A DNA stretch of 64,000 nt from Candidatus Wolframiiraptor gerlachensis (GTDB lineage: Archaea; Thermoproteota; Nitrososphaeria_A; Caldarchaeales; Wolframiiraptoraceae). The notes under the pieces are model-generated. The model searched no databases, was not told the origin of the DNA, and was given only the letters and a program-made list of their open reading frames with translations. The stretch spans positions 32,001-96,000 of the forward strand of contig JAJPCT020000016.1 of the NCBI GenBank assembly GCA_021323375.2, written 5' to 3'. Both the position numbers and the translations under genes were made by a program. Below, piece after piece: positions 59,434 through 64,000 of the stretch (its first letter is position 1; the number at the start of each line of letters is the position of its first letter).

Positions 59434-60159
59434 CTACTTCTTCTTCCTGCCGGTTCTCCTTGCCGCGATGTAGCCAACCTTTCTCCCAGGCGGCGCGTTT
59501 CTAGACACCGTCTCAGGTCTTCCAAGCTTCTTCCGAGTTCCACCGAATGGATGGTATGCGGCGGCCATCGCGACACCGCGGACCCTCGGATACGTTGCAA
59601 CTCTATGTTTCGCCACCATCCAGTGATGCTTCTTACCAGCCTTTAGGAAGGGCTTATCCCGTATCCCCCCGCCTGCGACAACACCTATCATCGCGAGACA
59701 CTTAGAGCTTAGCTCTATAACCTTCTTCGATGGCAGCGAGACTATCGTCCTATCACCAAGCTGTGATGTGACGGTCGCGTATGTCCCGGGCGCTCGGACG
59801 AGCTTGCCACCATCCCCTGGCTTATGCTCTATCATCGAGACCTCCGTTCCCTCGGGGATCTTGGCTAGCGGAAGGATGTTGCCCGGAGCTATCGTCGCCT
59901 GCTCGCCCATCTCGATAACCTGGCCCACATACATCCCCTCAACAGCCACGACCGGGAAAGTCTCGCCATTCTCCAAGGCGATTAGGGCTACTGGAGCGCC
60001 CCTACCGGGATCATGATCCAGCTCAACCACCCTGCCGAGCAGGAGCCCAGACTGCGAGATTAGCTGAGACGGGTAGCCGACGGCATACTTCCGCCTAAGC
60101 GATGCCCTGAAAGTCGGCGAACCCCTACCCAGCCTCTGAGCCCTAATCCGCTTACCCAT
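59434..60159 (-). CDS. rpl2: 50S ribosomal protein L2 (uL2)
   Basis: MGKRIRAQRLGRG, HDPGRGAP, PRVRGVAM, HPFGG, PPGRKVG. Confidence 0.96.
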   Translation of the reverse strand: MGKRIRAQRLGRGSPTFRASLRRKYAVGYPSQLISQSGLLLGRVVELDHDPGRGAPVALIALENGETFPVVAVEGMYVGQVIEMGEQATIAPGNILPLAKIPEGTEVSMIEHKPGDGGKLVRAPGTYATVTSQLGDRTIVSLPSKKVIELSSKCLAMIGVVAGGGIRDKPFLKAGKKHHWMVAKHRVATYPRVRGVAMAAAYHPFGGTRKKLGRPETVSRNAPPGRKVGYIAARRTGRKKK

Positions 60160-60397
60160 CCCCCATCCACCGGGATCCTATCCAGTCCACCAGCCCAGAC
60201 CCCAATTTATTAAATATTTTCGCATCACATGAGCTTCCACTATTAAACCTCCTTTCAGCAAGTTTTCAGCATTGAGATGCAAGTTCTAGTTTACTCAGCC
60301 TTTTCATTTCGAGCATATTCCTTCTACAAGGGGATATAGTCTTTCAAGAGTTTGAGGAGTCCATCTTTTGAGGCCGTATTGATCCTCACCCGCCGGG

Positions 60398-60658
60398 TTA
60401 GAGTATTCCGAGTTCGACTGCGAGGTCCGCTGCCCTGTATTCTGGCTTTAGCTTGACATATGCCTTCTTCTCACCTCTTGGCGTTATCATCGTATTCACC
60501 TTCTCCACCTTCACGCCATAGAGTTCCTCGACTGCCCTCTTTACATCGGCCTTGGTCGCTCTCAAGTCGACTATGAAGGTGAGCTTATTCTCTTTCTCGA
60601 TTAGCGAGACTGCGTCCTGTGTTATCACGATCCTCTTGATTACTTCGGAGGCCCTCAT
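60398..60658 (-). CDS. rpl23: 50S ribosomal protein L23 (uL23)
   Basis: [23 protein letters not shown]. Confidence 0.95.
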   Translation of the reverse strand: MRASEVIKRIVITQDAVSLIEKENKLTFIVDLRATKADVKRAVEELYGVKVEKVNTMITPRGEKKAYVKLKPEYRAADLAVELGIL

Positions 60659-61491
60659 GCCAGACCACCTAGTATCCTTTCATCCAGCTTTTCTAGGGCG
60701 GATCTTGTCCAGATTGTAAGCCTGCCTGGCTTGGCGCCGGGCGCGAGGTGGAGAACGCTTAGATCCTTCAGCTTCACGACCTCGACACCGGGAATGTTCT
60801 CCGCTGCCTCCTCGATTCCGCGATCCTCGAGTATAACTATCAGCGGCCCGACCCTCCGCTTATATCTTCGGCCCCTCCGCTTACCCTTCCCAGCCCTAAC
60901 CTTCTTCTTGCTACATCTCTTGAGTTCCTCGCCAAGCCCTATCTTCTCCAAGAATTCTCGAACCCCCCTAGTCTTTGCGATAGACTGGAGCGCATCATCA
61001 ACGACTATTGGGAGCGGGAGGTCTTCCGGGATCTTATGCCCCCTAGCCTTAACCGCCTCTCTATCTGCCGTGAATGCTATCGCCACGGCGAGCGCCGCCC
61101 TCTTCTCCTTCTCATTGAGATCCTTGTGGATCTTCTTTTCCGGCACCGGTGGGTGTCCCGGTCTACCGCCTACGGCCGAGTTAATCATCCCGCCCGCCAT
61201 CGCCTTGCCAGTACCATGAGCTCTTATCCGGGATACTCTGGCTACTCCATAGCCCGCTCCAAGCGACTCAACCGAGTACTTGTGGCCCGAGCCCTTGAAC
61301 GTGCCCTTAGGCTGTAGGACATGGGTCTGGAGATGTATGAAGGCCCTCCAGACCAAGTCCTCCCTGAGCGGGGCCAAGAAGGTCTTGGGGAGCGTGATCT
61401 CGCTGACCCTGTTACCGGCTAGATCTAGGACGGGCACTCTCCTTTCGCCCACCCTAGAAGCATTCATCAGTAGCTCAACCAGCAGGCTCAT
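60655..61491 (-). CDS. rpl4: 50S ribosomal protein L4 (uL4)
   Basis: [33 protein letters not shown]. Confidence 0.95.
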   Translation of the reverse strand: MSLLVELLMNASRVGERRVPVLDLAGNRVSEITLPKTFLAPLREDLVWRAFIHLQTHVLQPKGTFKGSGHKYSVESLGAGYGVARVSRIRAHGTGKAMAGGMINSAVGGRPGHPPVPEKKIHKDLNEKEKRAALAVAIAFTADREAVKARGHKIPEDLPLPIVVDDALQSIAKTRGVREFLEKIGLGEELKRCSKKKVRAGKGKRRGRRYKRRVGPLIVILEDRGIEEAAENIPGVEVVKLKDLSVLHLAPGAKPGRLTIWTRSALEKLDERILGGLA

Positions 61492-61616
61492 CCTAGGCTT
61501 CTAGCCCATAAAGCCCATATTTAAGGCTCTTCAGAGAAATGGTCCAGAAAAACATTCACGCCCCATAGAAATTGTTATATCCATATCTTGAGAATTTTCA
61601 TGAGAGCCGGGGCCCC

Positions 61617-62043
61617 TTGCTTAATGAGTTCGAGTATTCTCGGTGGATAGGGCTGCTTGCCAAGCCCTTGAGTCGGCGAAGGCTGATCTCTCGCGGGGAT
61701 TATAACTGGGCCTGCTTTAAGGCGGAGCAGGCTGCTGAATGCGCTTTGAATGGTCTTCTTAGGGGGCTTGGAATATTTTTATTATACAAATAGTCTAGTT
61801 AGCATGCTCGCCAAGCTGCCAAAAGACTTGGATTTATCAGGCATAATGCAGGCGACAAGCGAACTGGATAAGCTATTCCTGCCAACACGTTATCCTGATG
61901 CTTGGGTGGGGGGTGTGCCCTCCAACTATTATACTAGGCAAAATGCGAGGGCGGCGATAAGCTATGCTCTGATGATCATTAAGCGGGTTGAAGATTCCTG
62001 GAGCTCGCTTCGGGGGAGGGAGCAGCGTATAGCTAGAGTCTAG
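61617..62043 (+). pseudogene. HEPN-domain protein (HEPN-MNT type), frameshifted; no intact partner
   Basis: YNWACFKAEQAAECAL in one frame, LDKLFLPTRYPDAW in another. Confidence 0.75.
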
Positions 62044-63020
62044 ACTGGTATCCCCGCATATAATAGCTGTGGCGGCTCGATCGGCGGCGGAGGCCTTGCC
62101 GGTATCCGGAGGACTATCGGCCTCTTCGGCGTCCCCGGGACGGTTCCTTCGAGAAGTATGCATGTTGTTCTTATGATTCCAAAGTGCGGGAACCCGCCTT
62201 TCGGAGTAAGCTTTGAGCCATCCTCCTCAATCGCGAGTATCCTCTTGTTATATTCCGTTCTTCTGTGGTAGCCGAGCTGACCCGGCCTCGGCACCGTATA
62301 TGGGACGTATTCAGGTGTTCTGCCGCCGATTGCCCCGACAACACGCCTTCCCTTCCTCTTCTTCCTCGGCAGGATCTTGACGCCCCATCGCTTCACCACG
62401 CCCTCAAAGCCCTTGCCCTTCGTCACAGCGATGACGTCTATGAAGTCTCCGGGCTTGAAGACCTCGCTTATCCTGATCTCCTGCCCGAGCTTCGAGACAG
62501 CATAGTCGATCGCCTTCTCTATGTCCCCACCGACCTTTATCTCTATTATATCCGGCTTCTTCTTCGAGAGGCCGGCTTGCTTCGGGAATGCCATGCCAAT
62601 TATCCTAACCTCTGTAATATCGCCTCGCAGAGCCTCCAGCTTCCTCAAATCCTCCTCATTCGGCCTCCAGCTCGGGATCTTCCTCCTAATCAGGTCCACG
62701 GGAACCTTGCTGCTCCAGACTCTCAAGAGCTCTTTGAGAGATTTGTTCTCCTCAGTGTATGCGACTATGCCGGCCGCGAGCATCGGCGGGGTGACTATCA
62801 CGGTGGCAACCTTCGCGACCTCCTGGCCCTGGGTCGGGGAGTTCGGCGTAGTGTCTATGTAGTATGCTGTGAGGTGGCCCGCCTTATAGCCCAAGAAGCC
62901 TAAGGGCTTCGGCTCGCCCTCATATAGAGGCCAATACCTTACCCTAGGGACGAGGCGACTGGCCCTGCCTCTAGGCAGGAATGCGAGTGAACCTGATCTC
63001 GGCTTCGAATCCTTGACCAT
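62040..63020 (-). CDS. rpl3: 50S ribosomal protein L3 (uL3)
   Basis: PRSGSLAFLPR, GYKAG, TKGKGFEGVVKRWG, GQLGYHRRTEYNKR. Confidence 0.96.
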   Translation of the reverse strand: MVKDSKPRSGSLAFLPRGRASRLVPRVRYWPLYEGEPKPLGFLGYKAGHLTAYYIDTTPNSPTQGQEVAKVATVIVTPPMLAAGIVAYTEENKSLKELLRVWSSKVPVDLIRRKIPSWRPNEEDLRKLEALRGDITEVRIIGMAFPKQAGLSKKKPDIIEIKVGGDIEKAIDYAVSKLGQEIRISEVFKPGDFIDVIAVTKGKGFEGVVKRWGVKILPRKKRKGRRVVGAIGGRTPEYVPYTVPRPGQLGYHRRTEYNKRILAIEEDGSKLTPKGGFPHFGIIRTTCILLEGTVPGTPKRPIVLRIPARPPPPIEPPQLLYAGIPV

Positions 63021-63123
63021 CCGCTATCTCCCGCATAGCCCTAGGGCTCGACGATATAAGCCTAATCCTTGGAAGTTTGTGGGAATCCCCTTAAATACGA
63101 GGCTGGCGAGTCTTAGTTTTGCT

Positions 63124-63609
63124 ATGGCTGCTCGGGAACTTCCCGTGACCCGTGAGATAATTGAGCTGATTAGGAGGCCGAGTGTGGTTGGCTTGGCGAC
63201 TCACCGGCATTTGCCACATGAGAGGGCGATATACATGAGGCATGGTAGATGCGGCTTCGCGATCGACGTGCTGGTGGAGGAGAATGGTGTTAGGAGGCTC
63301 TACTCCGTCCTCGTGGAGGCAGAGGTGAACATCGGCGATAGGAGGGAGTTTAAGTCATTCATGGAGCTCGGCGGCATAATCCGCTACCAGCTCTCCGAGA
63401 AGATCGGCGACACGTTCAAGATAACAAGGAAGGAGCTCAGCTACAGGGATGGAGAGGAGCTCTTCCATCAAGTCGATCTTGTTAGAGCCGCATTCTACGA
63501 GAAGTATCGGGAGCTCAAGGCCAAGGCCGGGGTTGAACCGGCGAAGATAGAGGAGGAGATCTTCCACCAGGTTGGAATCAGGCCCGAGGAGATGCTTCTC
63601 GGAGTATAA
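63124..63609 (+). CDS. Hypothetical protein
   Basis: 161-aa ORF from ATG 63124 with TTAAAT box upstream; no motif recognised. Confidence 0.7.
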   Translation: MAARELPVTREIIELIRRPSVVGLATHRHLPHERAIYMRHGRCGFAIDVLVEENGVRRLYSVLVEAEVNIGDRREFKSFMELGGIIRYQLSEKIGDTFKITRKELSYRDGEELFHQVDLVRAAFYEKYRELKAKAGVEPAKIEEEIFHQVGIRPEEMLLGV

Positions 63610-63613
63610 GCTG

Positions 63614-64000
63614 ATGATAGGGCTCGCGCTCGCGGAGAGGGCCGAGGATGCTAAAAGGATTGCTGAGAGGCTGGTGAAGTCTCAGGAGTATAGGCTCGTC
63701 AAGTCATTCAGGCTTATTGAGATTGAGACAGAGATAGGCTATGTCTCTGTGGCCGCTAGGGAGGATGAGTTCGTCGAGAGAGGCGATGCGCTGGCGGCAT
63801 GTATGCATTATCCGCGTGCTGGCATAAGGTTCCTCGAGAATCTCCTAGAGTCCGAGGATCTCGTGAAGACTTTGATGAATCTCGACCTCTTCCTTTCCGG
63901 CGCTATAGTTGATTATGAGAGGGTTGTCTTGTTCAGGGATCATGTCGGCCATATGCCCCTAGCATATGCTAGACATGGTAGGTCGCTCATAGCGGCCTTG
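63614..64000 (+). CDS. Probable asparagine synthetase-like protein, N-terminal part (runs off window)
   Basis: Open to window end; LFRDHVGHMPLAY resembles the GATase-II RDxxGxxPLYY motif. Confidence 0.55.
   Translation, partial: MIGLALAERAEDAKRIAERLVKSQEYRLVKSFRLIEIETEIGYVSVAAREDEFVERGDALAACMHYPRAGIRFLENLLESEDLVKTLMNLDLFLSGAIVDYERVVLFRDHVGHMPLAYARHGRSLIAAL

Noticed and set aside
60200-60397. PaREP1-like gene relic between rpl23 and rpl2
   Set aside because: Only a faint resemblance (RWTPQTLERL, LHLN) with stops; cannot be supported by eye
1-64000. CRISPR array or cas genes
   Set aside because: No regularly spaced 24-40 bp direct repeats and no Cas-like ORF seen

Overview
Archaeal chromosomal window from a Thermoproteota-like, probably Aigarchaeota/Caldarchaeales-type thermophile (inferred from gene content and style). 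It is mostly housekeeping: two interrupted ribosomal/RNAP clusters (rpoD-rpl18e-rpl13-rps9-rpoN-eno-rps2; rpl3-rpl4-rpl23-rpl2-rps19), mevalonate-pathway kinases, a Dpp/Opp ABC system, proS, glycolysis and aspartate-family genes, ABCE1, tRNA-Ala(CGC), a small histone-fold gene and nrpR/gdhA. The standout is a three-copy element (about 3.7-4.8 kb, 40.3-40.7 kb, 55.5-56.8 kb). It encodes a compact IS110/TasR-like protein (DEDD-type RuvC fold plus GLxP/Nop-like C-terminus). Its stop codon runs into a 120-146 bp nested hairpin whose stems covary and whose two internal-loop strands are variable, like a guide RNA. In the 40.5 kb copy this cassette is inverted relative to its flanks. Each copy sits next to decayed fragments of core genes. 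A circularly permuted peptide-binding protein, a candidate NrpR operator and a probable ATA start codon on rps19 also deserve follow-up. All calls are by eye; no database searches were run.
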